The notes below the pieces were generated by a model. It saw only the letters and a program-made list of their open reading frames with translations, made no database searches and was not told where the DNA came from. From NCBI RefSeq assembly GCF_035594765.1, contig NC_085845.1:74766024-74830023 (forward strand): a DNA stretch of 64,000 bases. Reading direction: 5' to 3'. Source of the DNA: Anolis carolinensis (lineage: Eukaryota). The translations under genes and the position numbers were made by a program. Below, piece by piece: positions 37,575 to 50,428 of this stretch; within the stretch, counting starts at the first letter, position 1, and each line of letters begins with the position of its first letter.

Positions 37575-37700
37575 TCAAACATCTTCATGTGTGAGGAGAG
37601 GCTGAGTAAACGAAGCACTGCTGCCCACTGAGTTGATTCTTGCAGAATGATCTGTACCATTTCCTTGACTGCAAATGCCGCTTGTAACATTTGAGTAAAT
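37575..37700 (-). CDS. KIT: KIT exon 21 coding part (IYSNVTSGICSQGNGTDHSARINSVGSSASFTQPLLTHEDV*)
   Basis: ttccag acceptor; TGA at 37577-37575; typical KIT C-terminus. Confidence 0.96.
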   Translation of the reverse strand: MYSNVTSGICSQGNGTDHSARINSVGSSASFTQPLLTHEDV

Positions 37701-38435
37701 CTGGAAGAGATGCAAACCGGAATCAATACTCAATGGTGATACAACACCAAAGTACCTATCAACATTTTTGCATGTATTTGAGCCAAGTTAACACACTTGA
37801 TCAGTCATTTCCTGAAGTACAGCCTTGGTTACAAAATCTCATGTCAAAGTGAATTATTTGGGAAGGAAAATGTCATTTGGGCAGTGTTCTTGAGGACCCA
37901 ATGTCTTCCCAATACATTTCTGAGGTCAACTCTGTCTTTTATTTCTCTCTGACTTTGATCTTTATATTCCCACCCCATCAAACATACTGAACCACAGTTT
38001 ATAGCTGTGGTTCAGTACAACATTTCATGATGCATATGATGAAATGAATCCCAGGCTACTAAAAGCCATGTCATAATCAATTCATTATCTTTTAATGTTC
38101 CACAATACGTTTTTTTAACTATTATTTCTTTTTGTAGTAAAAACCTTATAAATTAACCTTAGGGCTTTGAAACTTCCCTTAAATTACTAAAGCCTGCAGG
38201 AAATTCTCCACTGATGAGGAAGCTATCTGTTACTTGGTAGGACAAATACTTCTCTACAATGAGTTTAACAATAGCTACATGCAATACTTTCTCAGAAATT
38301 ATTAATAACTATCCAAGGCTCTACAACTTTGTCAAATGGAATCATTTAAAATTGAACGCAGGATGTTGGTATCATTTCCAAACACTGTGTCAAATAAAAC
38401 TTTTTGCAATTCAGCCTAGACTACTCAACACTTAC

Positions 38436-38541
38436 ATGGTTTGTAGTATCTGAAATCTGTTGTTCAATCAGTTGTACAACTTGCTTAAAGGTTGGTCTCT
38501 TTACAGGATCAACATCCCAACAACTCTTCATTATCTCATAC
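38436..38541 (-). CDS. KIT: KIT exon 20 (106 nt; [35 protein letters not shown])
   Basis: ctgtag acceptor, gtaagt donor. Confidence 0.96.
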
Positions 38542-40723
38542 CTACAGTCATGGAAAGAATGCATCAACTCAGATTTTAGCAGCAGATAAACCATTGACTA
38601 CAAACATTAGAAAAGTCTGTTTGTTTTCAAAACAACCTATTAAGTCTACAGGTCAACCAAAGGGAAAAAATCAGAATATAGAATGAATACATATTCAGAC
38701 AACCAGTGTGCTGTAATATTCTTGAGTATCAGACTATGATTCTAGGAAACCAGAGTTTAAGCCCCCATCCAGTTATTACTTCTCAGTCTGAATGACACAG
38801 GGCACGTCACATTCTAACAGTCTCAGAGAAAAGGTAGTGGTAAACCTTATTGTTCACCAACCCTTTTCTGACTTGTGGTGAGCCTAAGGTGAATTAATCA
38901 CAGGTGTTCTTGTCAGGATTTCTTCAAAAATTCCTTCCAAAAATCGACTGTTGGATTCTACTGAATTTTTTTTTATCTTAAGTGCAGGTCCCAGCCTTAT
39001 TTCCATCTTCACTGCTTTACAAATGTACTTTAGTGAAAGTCCTCAATGATATATCAAAGTGCTACAACTGGTTTGGTTTTGAATGCATTTTGTTAGCCAA
39101 CTCTTTTAAAGAACATTTTCTAAGATTGAGCCAGGGGAGCTGTATAGTGTTTTAATTACTGTAACAGGTCATTACTGTTTTAAGTAATTTTACCTGGCTT
39201 GTTTTAATTATTATGGGTTTAACTCTATTTTAATATTTATATGCTGTAGGTTTTAAATTGCACTGTTTTTAATGTTGTGAGCTGCTTTGGGTCTTGGTCA
39301 AGGAAGAAAGATGCACACTGCACATATCTAGTTTGTAATTCAAAAAAATATGAAAGAACAATACAATATTTAAAATGAAGAAAAATTTTAATCAACATAA
39401 ACTTACCAGAATTCCAAGTGGAAGTGTGAGCCTGCTTTTAGCTGATATGATAGTTCAGTTAATTAGGATTGTTGTTGTTGTGCGCCTTCAAGTCATTTCA
39501 CACTTAGGGTGACCCTAAGTTTAAAATTTATGGCAGGGGCCAAGTAAAGGACATTGGAGGGCCACATTTGGCCCACGGGCCTTAGTTTGGAGACTCCTGC
39601 TCTAGGGTTATTATATTTATTTATTTATTTATTTATTTATGTAGGAATTTGTACATGTTTTTTCCAAATTGTAGTCCCCCCCCCCCCCACGGTCTGAGGG
39701 ATCATAAACCGGCCCTTGGCTTTAAAAGTTTGAGGACCCCTGCCCTAGAGTGAATCCAAGACCAATTGATAGCTATGTCCTACTGACTGAAATACGGGCA
39801 GAGAACGCTTCTCAAGCATTGATCCTGCATATGCTTTAGACCTTAACTCACAGAAGTACTAAGGGTAAGCAATTCTGGAAGCAAAAGTAAAAAAGCACCT
39901 AGAGAACTAAAGTTTGAAAAAGGCTGTTGTAGACTACAATCTATAGGATTAAATTCAACTGTTGGTCCACTGAATTAATTACTGGATTAAAATTTAGTAC
40001 ATATATAAACATCATCAATGCTGAATAAAAGACTTCTAAAGATAGCTGTGGCCCTGCTGGAGAAGGAATTTTAGCCACTGGAGCGAAAGCGTGGTTTAAG
40101 TGTCAAGCCCATGTTATTCCACATCTCCAATATCAGCTAAAACGGAATTGTGCAAAAATAAGCAAACAGATGCAAATATGAAAAGGAAGCATATCTCAGT
40201 TGTACAACGTGGCTTCTGCAACCAAAATATCCAAGATCTCAGAAAGAAAACAGAACATTAATCTATATCCCTGCAAAGCTGCTGGGGTCAATCAAAATAG
40301 ACCAGTGTTTATAAGTATTGTACCTAATTGAGGTCATTTGCTCATGTTGCTGCTTACAGATTTTCCTGGTGGAAGGTTTAATTCACCTGAGTGTTTTGAT
40401 TTTTTATTCAGTTTTATGTTTATATTACACAGAAAGCACTCAACTCTTGAGTACAAATGATTCAGTAAACTAATATCCCAATCTCATGCAGATATACTTG
40501 GGACATCAATCTCATTGATTTCACAGGGGCTTACTTCCAAGAAAACAATTTAGGAACAGCTGTAAGTCTGTGATAGGGAATCTTATGAATATTCAGAATA
40601 TAATTAAGATTTTTCTTCACTACTGCAACTTCTCAAAGACAGAAAACAAAGACAGTTATTGAAATCAAAAGCTGGACGCTTGTCATTTTTCATTTCGGAA
40701 TTGTAAGAAGTCTGGTCTCTCAC

Positions 40724-40823
40724 ATTTCAGCAGGTGCAAATTCTGGGCTAAACATCCTGTATCCTTCCTTAATCCTTTTATAGAACTTGGAATCCACAGG
40801 CATTCCAGGATAGGGGCTGCCTC
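40724..40823 (-). CDS. KIT: KIT exon 19 (100 nt; [34 protein letters not shown])
   Basis: tgacag acceptor, gtgaga donor. Confidence 0.96.
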
Positions 40824-40872
40824 CTGTCAACACAGAAGATGTCAATATATCATAGCGTGTTTAAAAAATTTA

Positions 40873-41091
<219 letters not shown>

Positions 41092-42322
41092 TTAAGAATT
41101 ATCCCATACTATTTTATGACAGTAAGATTGTCACAAGCTAAAGATTTTTAGCCAATGATCCATCTGCCTTTGAATAGATTAATCAGTGATTAATGGTATT
41201 TGAACATATAGATTTCTCATTGTACTCAAGGATTCTGGATTCACAGATTCAACCATCTACATCTTAAGATTCTTTTAAAAATGTACAAAAAGTAAACATT
41301 TGATTTTGCCATTTTATATAAGGGACACTATTTTTCTACACTACTGTATATAATAAGATTTGAGGAACCACAGATTTTAGTATCCCTCGGGGGTACTAGA
41401 ACCATCCCCAGTAGATGATGAGAACCTGTTGTGTGTACATTACCGAAATGGAGAAAGTTGTCTAACAGTTTTATTTTTCATTGAACAAAAACACCTCTCA
41501 TTTTAGATGTAATAACTGTAATTAATTATTCTTCATTCAGCTTTTATTTCTCTTAACAGGAATGGATCAGACCTTGGCCACACAAATCAGCCAAGGAACC
41601 AAGGACTGTTGGAATGATGTATCCTTTGCCTTTGAGGAAAAGCCTTAAGGAAAGGAAGATCAACCTTCCTCTCTCCTTCAAAGGGGCCACAGAAAGAGCT
41701 GGAAGCTGTGGTTCATCCTCCCTGTCTGAAAGAACAATCTTACAATACTGTGACTGTAGAATAGAAGGAAATTACAGCACAGTCTCACTCCACTCACTGG
41801 TCAAGAGACTAAGCTCACTGGATGAGGTGGGCTTAGTAATAGGGTTTGTTTTCATTGTGAAAATTTGCTTTAAGCTGCCTTGAAGATCATTCAATAAAAA
41901 GGCAACATATAAGCCTCCTATGTAAATACTTCCTAAGTGTTCTTAACTGGAAGCCCTGACAGTTAAAATTGGTTCTCACTGATTTATCACTGCAGCCTTT
42001 GTTGATGAGTCTACCAATTAAATCAATTACAGTTTACAGCTCCAATTATTGTACAGCCCACTGAGAAAGTGATCACTATTAGAGTACAAGGAGCTACAAA
42101 GATTCCTTATCGTAACAACCCAGATGATACTACCAAGGCAACACACACACACAGAATAAAATTCCTTTGGATGTATTGTTGTGACCTTACATTATTGTCT
42201 CTTAAGATCCAATTTGATATCATGGAAGACATTTATTTTTGGCCTGCTTCAATGAAGAATTATTTGTCTTATGTCTCATAAACTACTCAAATTATGAAGA
42301 CGGCATATTTTCAATTCAACTA

Positions 42323-42644
42323 CAGTAGAGTCTCACTTATCCAACACTCGCTTATCCAACGTTCTGGATTATCCAACACATTTTTGTAGTCAATATTTTC
42401 AATATATGGTGATATTTTGGTGCTAAATTCGTAAATACAGTAATTACTACATAGCATTACTGCATATTGAACTACTTTTTCTGACAAATTTGTTGTCTAA
42501 CATGATGTTTTGGTCTTCATTTGTAAAATCATAACCTAATTTGATGTTTAATAGGCTTTTCCTTAATGCCTCCTTATTATCCAACATATTCACTTATCCA
42601 ACATTCTGCCGGCCCGTTTATGTTGGATAAGTGAGACTCTACTG
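42323..42644. mobile_element. Tc1/mariner MITE (intron 17)
   Basis: Same TIRs; TA TSD. Confidence 0.92.
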
Positions 42645-43564
42645 TACATGTAATCTAAAGGCCCTTAAAAGGTTTGACAAGTGTGACAACCCACAACATT
42701 TTAGCAATACCCACAGAAAAGTAATCATACTATAATCAGACAGATTATGAAGATTGCGGTCCTCTTATTTATTCAGCCTTGTTTTATTGTATCCTTTCTT
42801 CCAACTTTTAGGTTTTATTTGATTAAAGAAAATGTAACTTACATCTCCATAAATATTTGGGTTTTTGTACTATAAAGTTGAAAATTAAATGCCTAAATCC
42901 AATGGTTAGTCATTGAAAGAGGGGACCCGTTGAGATAATCAAGCTTATGTAAGTGCTGACTTGACAAGATGCTGTTGTTTTAATGGGTCTACATTTAGTT
43001 CAGACAAAAGGATCTTAGGACAAATAACTAGGTAATTAATAGTTTTTCTATTTGAATGAGATAATCTCAAACAACAGTGCCTTATGTCGCGCAACAAATA
43101 ATTTTTGAAACTAAAGGGACCTTCTGTAACAATTTTTGATACAGTGCATGTGTTTATGTAAGAGGTTATGTGAAAATGAAAATTAAGCTTGTAATGTGTC
43201 CTCCTTTGGGCTATACTAAATTACCACTCCTTTGAACCACTTCTGGTACTTTTCTAAAAAAAAAAAAAAGACTAATACTACTGCGGTCAAGATATTCAAG
43301 AAATGCCTCATCTACTTTTTCATATTGCTATTACAAATTCATTTTCTGCAACCTTATGGCAACCTTTATAGTTTAAAACCGATATCTAATGGCAAGACTG
43401 GGATAGACCTAATGAATCAACTGCTGAGTGGTAAGTCAGCATTATGTAAATCTTACAGAATCAAAAGGTCTCCTGTAATTGGGTTCCAGCCTTGAAGTGT
43501 CATGGGTTATCAAACCCATGACACTTCAAAGGGCCACATGGGTGATTTCACCAAAGTTACTGTG

Positions 43565-44000
43565 ATGTTGTCGAAGGCTTTCATTGCCAGAATCACTGGG
43601 TTGCTGTGAGTTTTCCAGGCTGTATGGCCATGTTCCAAAAGCATTCTCTCCTGAAAATTTGCCCACATCTAAGGCAGGCATCCTCAGAGGCTGTGAGTTA
43701 TATTGGAAACTAGGCAAGGGAGGTTTATATACTGTATCTGTGGAAGCTCCAGGGTGGGAAAAATCTGACTATCAGTATTTAAAAACTCTAAAGCCAGGAC
43801 AGTAGATAAAGAACACTCTGAAACCAGGGGAATTCCAGACATGAAACAATTGGGGGCAGCTAACACCTCCCAACAAAGGATTCCCCCAGGCAGGGATCAG
43901 CTATATCTTGAAGCTGCAAGGCCATTAAAGGCTAATCGAGGTGGTTAATTACAACATTCACACTTGCCTCCAACAGACAAGAGTTCTTTCTCCCACCCTG
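43565..44000. mobile_element. Penelope-like element with inverted halves
   Basis: tgttgtcgaaggctttcat end and degenerate hammerhead on minus; plus-strand pLTR segment ~43785-44000. Confidence 0.8.
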
Positions 44001-45535
44001 TTTTGTTAGGTGACCATGCAATAAGTAGCTGCTGGGAAGGAAGAGTATGGAGTGTTGAGGTGGACGCTGACTGGTGGAATGTTTGAGGAGATTTGCATGA
44101 AATTGACATCTAATTAATGACAAATGTAAGTTCAGATGGAGAGGTGGACTGGTTGTAGCCAAGGATTTGAAAAAAAAATTGCAAGAAGAAAAGGGAGTTA
44201 AGTTAGACTAGAATTGGAGTAAGAGAAATGAGTTCAAGTTGATTGATTGGTGAGGGTCTGATTTAGCTTGAAATAAAAGGTATTTTAAAGGTTATGTATA
44301 ATGCTCTGTATTTTTATGTTTAAATTCTGTAACAAAGATTTTGTTTTTACATACTTTGGCTTCTGGAATTATCATTCTGAGAATCTGGTTTCAGACAAGG
44401 TGTCTGTGGAGGAACTGTTGAAGGTGGGATAAAAGCAATATAAATCCTCATAGAAACTTTGAGGGCATTTAGATTGATCCCACAGAAGGCAGCCAGGATG
44501 AATTCCTTAAGCATAGCAGATATGGGATCAGGGAAAGCTCCCACATTGCAAAAGGCTTCACATTTGGTGGGCTTAATGGTAAAGACTCCTATATTTGGCC
44601 AAAGTAGTGGAATGGTGTGAGAGAAATCCTCACAGTTGGTGGGACTGGTGTGATTGCCCAACTGGAAAACTCCACATTTGATGTTTTCAGTGGTGGATAT
44701 AAGCACCAAAGTTACCACTGTGGAGTACAAGAACTTGCTGTGCTGGTTGCAGAAAGCAATTTGCTTAACTGCTTCATTTAACTGTATGAAGTAGGATCTC
44801 TGAATTAGAGCTTCAAGCCATATCTTTGATCACGCAAAGAGGAGCAAATCTGTTCTTGTCATACTTCGAGGGAGACACTGCCTGCTGTCACTTTCCAGAG
44901 TGATTGGGAGGGCTCCTTAGCATCTGCTCTGAGATTATGCCAGACACAATTACAGGACATCTTCTTCCCCTTGTTGTTAACAGCTGCAGCTAAGCCCTCT
45001 TTCATGCCATAAAACATCAGGCAACTCAGGACACCAAAACCCCTTAATTTAGACAAATGGAGAGCAATTACTTACTGCCCACCTGCAAGCTGTTGTCTTA
45101 CGCTTAAAGAAAAAAAAAGCCCCAAGGATGGAGTTAATTAGACTGAGGCTGGAAATTAAAGCTGGTGTCTCAATGCAGTTTCTCAGCACATGGATATGCT
45201 ATTGAGGGGGTTTCTTCCTAAATTTGCTAGTTTTGTTTGTCAGATTCTTTATCTCTGCTTAACTGCCTGCATCTCATAATGAAATCTGCAGTAGAAAAGT
45301 AGTGGCAGCAAAAACAGATCTAAAAGGAAGGCATGCAGTCATCTTTGCTTGAGCCCTGGATGAGACGGATCTTCATTATCTCTGGAGATGGTTTCAACGG
45401 TGTCCCCACCTCCAGTACACAGGAAGAGATTATAGCTTTATTACAGTGATTTAGCTGAGAGGAAGTTTATTTGAGGGGAGGCCATTTGTAATGAACAGGT
45501 AACATAAGGAACCTACTTCATATCTTCTGTTAGAA

Positions 45536-45868
45536 CAGTAGTAACTAACCTTTTTTTGACCAGGAACCACTTGATCAGGGACCACTTTGACCAGGGACCA
45601 CTCTCCAACATTAGTACCAAAAGGATTACGAATCAGTTTTTGGTCAACATTAGATTCAGTTTGGTTATTTGGGGTGCTGATTCAGAAAATTGCATTGGAT
45701 AGACCACATCAGCTCTAGTTTATGATACAAAACATATGCCATCCATCCAGTAGTTGTTATCTGCTCACCCACAGAAAACCATATTTAATAATCTAGAGCT
45801 GATTTTCCGCACATGTCTCGCAGACCTTATTTTAGGTCTCACAGCCCACCAGTGGTTGGGAACCACTG
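45536..45868. mobile_element. hAT non-autonomous element
   Basis: cagt...actg ends; perfect 8-bp TSD tgttagaa. Confidence 0.85.
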
Positions 45869-45972
45869 TGTTAGAACATCCAGGCCATTTTGCTTCCACT
45901 GCCCACCTCCATCCCCATTCTGTGCTTTCTAGGCAGAGCATTTTTTGTATATATAATTTTTAAAGGCCATTA

Positions 45973-46200
<228 letters not shown>

Positions 46201-47523
46201 TCAAAAAACAAAAATAACTGTTTATAACTCTTCTAGTGTGAAGGGCTGTCTAGATTGGAGGGGGGAAGTGACATGTAAATCAAATGTATCTTGGCGTTTC
46301 TCATTTAAAGCAGGGGCTAGTTTTATGTCCTGAGAACTATGGGGGGGGGGGGGGGACGGACCACTGAAAAGCAAAAGAAAAAAATGAAGTGGCCAAGAAT
46401 CAACTTCTTGGTCCTCAAAATAAGTATTTTGTGATGTGAAACAATACAGAGAGATGTTGTAACTAATTTGAAATATAAGGTTTTTTTTTAAGTTGTTATG
46501 GGGATTCTGCTATTCTTGGTTATTTGATTTTTCTAATGATGACTTATAATGACGATGTAAATCTGTAATCCACAGAATGACTGCTGGTCTTCCTAAAAAG
46601 ACTGGCTGGAATGGTACTTTGTCATAATATCCTTGTCAAAGTTCCAGTGACAGAGTAAAATAATTTATCAAGGAACCTACACCAGTTTCCTTCGAGAATT
46701 GATTGTTCCAAGGTAACTATGGGAAGAGTCTATATTTAATTAGTTTACTCCACGTTGCCATGTGTCACTTTCTATGATGATTTTATTTCATTTAATCTGT
46801 TTACCTTTCTCTCTAGAAATTGTACCTTATCCTTCTGAGACTGCCAATTTAGAACATGACTCACTGCATAGTTAATTAGAAGGAAGTTCCATGGAAATCA
46901 AACGAATATGCTTCTAAGTTATGCCTTTGGGATGGAATTTGTTGTTTGCTTTAGGGGTTCTTGTATCAAAGATGCTGCATAACTGGGTCCAAACATTCTG
47001 TATGTTTTGTATAAAGAAGATTAAGTTACCGGTAGGTGAAACCAACCAATGGTTGACTTCATAAATTAGAATCTTCATGAGCCAAAAATGAGGGCATAAT
47101 TTTTAAAAGTTCCTTAACAGCTAGATTTCTAAGCTTCTCCCAAAGTCAGACCAAAATGCATATGAGCCCTCTGATTCCACAATGTGACAATTACTGCCCC
47201 ACTCCAGATATATCAATCTCTTCCCTGAGCAGCCTAAATGGAAAGAGTGCGGATTTTCAAGTTGAAGAGCTTTGTTTATTCCCTGCACACGTTCTGCACT
47301 CTCTTCTTTCATAATTTCAGAGATTGGGGTGGTGGTGCATGAGACAGGGAGGAATTGCTGCCTCATACAATTTGGTCCAAGGAAGCATGTTTTAAAGAAT
47401 CAGAATGGCAGGCAAGATATAAGTTGACTCCTTTTAGAAAGGATTATCCAACAAGGAAAATATGCACCATTTAAAGTCACTCTGTATGAAAAGAAATCAT
47501 TATTTTCCATGTTTCTGACTTAC

Positions 47524-47651
47524 ATTTTTCGAGGACAGAAAGCTCATTCCCTTTGCCACCTGGTAAGAAAAACTTAATAGGTCTTCAATATCCAGAGCCA
47601 GTTCATCATCTTCTAAGATGGCAATGGTGACATCCTGATTAACAAACGATC
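47524..47651 (-). CDS. KIT: KIT exon 16 (128 nt; [43 protein letters not shown])
   Basis: gcttag acceptor, gtaagt donor; ORF 47500..47766. Confidence 0.96.
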
Positions 47652-47774
47652 CTAAGCAACAGATGTGGGAACAAGGCACAAATGGATTAATTATGGCTGT
47701 TTGGGAAGATAGAAGGCTTTCTATTAACAGAGCATGATACCAAATTAACACAGCAATGCTACTCAAACATATTA

Positions 47775-48097
47775 CAGTACAGTCTCACTTATCCAAGCCT
47801 CGCTTATCCAAGCCTCTGGATTATCCAACGCATTTTTGTAGTCAATGTTTTCAATACATTGTGATATTTTGGTGCTAAATTCGTAAATACATTAATTACA
47901 ACATAACATTACTGCGTATTGAACTGCTTTTTCTGTCCAATTTGTTGTATAACATGATGTTTTGGTGCTTAATTTGTAAAATCATAACCTAATTTGATGT
48001 TTAATAGGTTTCTCCTTAATCCCTCCTTATTATCCAAGATATTCGCTTATCCAAGCTTCTGCCGGCCCGTTTAGCTTGGATACGTGAGACTCTACTG
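47775..48097. mobile_element. Tc1/mariner MITE (intron 15)
   Basis: Same family; TA TSD. Confidence 0.92.
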
Positions 48098-48246
48098 TAT
48101 CTGCTATGAAAACACAAAGCAATTCTGAACATCTTATTGAAATCTGCCTGCTACCCTGCTTAAAAACCTTCAGTATATATTATTCGAGTTAAAAAATTGA
48201 CAATTCCAAAAAAGAAGATTTTCTACTTTCCTTCCTGCCAACTCAC

Positions 48247-48335
48247 CTGTCCTTCCTGGACTTCTTTTAGCAGTTTTGGCATGGACAACCTTAGAAACTC
48301 CAGGTTTCATATCCATATATTCATTGGTGGCATCA
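48247..48335 (-). CDS. KIT: KIT exon 15 (89 nt; kinase insert, DATNEYMDMKPGVSKVVHAKTAKRSPGRT)
   Basis: YMDM PI3K motif; atacag acceptor, gtgagt donor. Confidence 0.95.
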
Positions 48336-50286
48336 CTGTATGGAGAAAAGAGGACAACTTTGCAACTCAAACAAAAAGCAATTGGGGAGAATAAATATCT
48401 TGGAAAGCAAACAATATTTACACGGAACGTTAATACATTTAATTAAAAATAAAGCAAGGGAGAATATACAGCTAGTGATTGTGACTAAAAGCTCCTTAGT
48501 TTGACTGTTGGCATTTAAAATGAAGGGATTTTAGGATGCCATCAACTAGAATGATTTCTAAGCTGATGCTTTGGATTTCAGAAAAGTTCATTTTTGTTAC
48601 AATAACTTCGCCACACCAAAACTAGCTATCTTCTGATATACTTATAGGCTCATTAGTTATTTTACTCTTATGCCTTGTTTTCATGGATGTTTGAATTCAC
48701 AATAAATCATGGCTTCCTGCGGCAGACACAAGCCAACACTCTTCCCTGTTCCTTTCCCTTGAACTCATTTGTTTCTACTCCTCTTCCAACATGGTTCAAT
48801 GAGGATATCTATACTAAACTGGCCACAACTTAGCAAGTCATTCCAACTGTAAACAGTCGAATTTTAACTATAGTTTATAGAGGAAAGTCAATTTCCTAAT
48901 CCATAGTTTTAAGATGAGGTGTTTTGAATGAAATGTAAATTAAACTAAATATTTTTCTGGTTAAAAAGACATGTGAATCAAAGACAGAACAGAGAGTTCC
49001 TAAACACTCACTAGTGGTTGTAGCAAGCATTTGAACCTGCTTTGAAAGTCTGGGCTTAAAATTCCCACGATTAAAGAAAATGAAAGAAAACATGTAACTA
49101 AATCATTGGTGAGGCCACATCTTGCAGTCTAATGGTTACAGCCCTGATGCGCTGACCTCATTCAAACCGAAGATAAATTCATAAAAAACAGAATGTCCCA
49201 GAGAAGGTTCCAACTTAAACTTTCTTTGCTTGGAGAGATTTTTGCATCATCTACCAGCAATTTAAAACTTTGTGGGAGTTAGGGGCACATGATCCCTGTA
49301 AAAGTTGAAAAACTACAAATCACAAATGCCTTCAAAGACAGTTCTCTAGTCATTTCTAGACTCTCCTGCCAGATATTGACCACAGAATCATGCTGGAGGA
49401 CCTAGAAGTGTCTAGAGAACATATCTTTTTGGTTGCATACAGGGTAGCAGTGGAAAATAAGTAATCTGTGATTATGCAAATCCACAAATGTGGAGACTAA
49501 TATAAGTCAGATGCAGACTTTCCCAAGCCCTTGGAACTCTTCAATGATTAAAAACTTGGAAGGTTCAAACCATTTTTGATTTAGAGCATTTTTACTGCTT
49601 GCATGAAGGGAAAGAGTTAAGCTTCTCACCTAGAGGGGAAGACCTAAGATGCTAGGCTACAGACCTGATCAGATATTGAGCAGATCTGTAACTTAGCTGC
49701 AAAACGAATTGGGTCCTCATATGCTCTGAGCCTTCGGCACTGAAAGCCAATGAAAGAGTAGACTAGCCCCAACAATCCAGCTATTTCAGTAGCACAAAAA
49801 CTGAACAGGTGGTGAACTGGAAAGAGATCTGAACTCAATAAAAACTTCAATGACTGTGTAATTCTAAATGAAGTTACAGCTTTTATTAAAATCTAACTAC
49901 CATGTCTGTGCTCTCATTTTTGTTCAGGATAAACAGTGTGGCTTGAAAGTAATATAGACATTTTCTTATGGTGCTAAGCTTACTGTGTTGTCTGTCTAGA
50001 AAGACCCAGTTCATAATGATTAAAAGACACAAAAAGCCTATATTCAAACATTTGATGTCTACTGCAAAAGAAAGACAGGCTGCATGGAGGACACAACACA
50101 AGAGGGAAGCTGTAAACATAAATTTCAGGGTAAGGCTTCTCCCACTGCTCAGACAACAAGCCAGCTCTGGTAAATAGAACAATTCTATGTAGCCATCCCC
50201 TGAAAAGAAAGAGTGAAAAGGAAATGCGATAAACAAAAATTCCTCCTATCACAGAATGGATACAAGAATTGGCACCAAATCCTTAC

Positions 50287-50428
50287 TACATGTGTTCTTT
50301 TTGATGGAGGAGGTTCTTGTAAACAGCTGTTTCTTCATGCTTTGGGCAAATAAAAGAATCACGTTTTCTCCTCAGGAAATTCAAAAGGTCGCCATAACAG
50401 CAATATTCCGTGATGACCAGGGTAGGAC
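50287..50428 (-). CDS. KIT: KIT exon 14 (142 nt; [47 protein letters not shown])
   Basis: ctgcag acceptor, gtaagg donor after split codon TA. Confidence 0.96.

Noticed and set aside
44347-44730. 127-aa minus-strand ORF in intron 17
   Set aside because: Non-ATG start and no recognisable domain; possibly an old repeat. A profile search would be needed.
50284-50290. Apparent premature TAG after EHM in KIT
   Set aside because: TA|gtaagg is a split codon; splicing gives TAT (Tyr).
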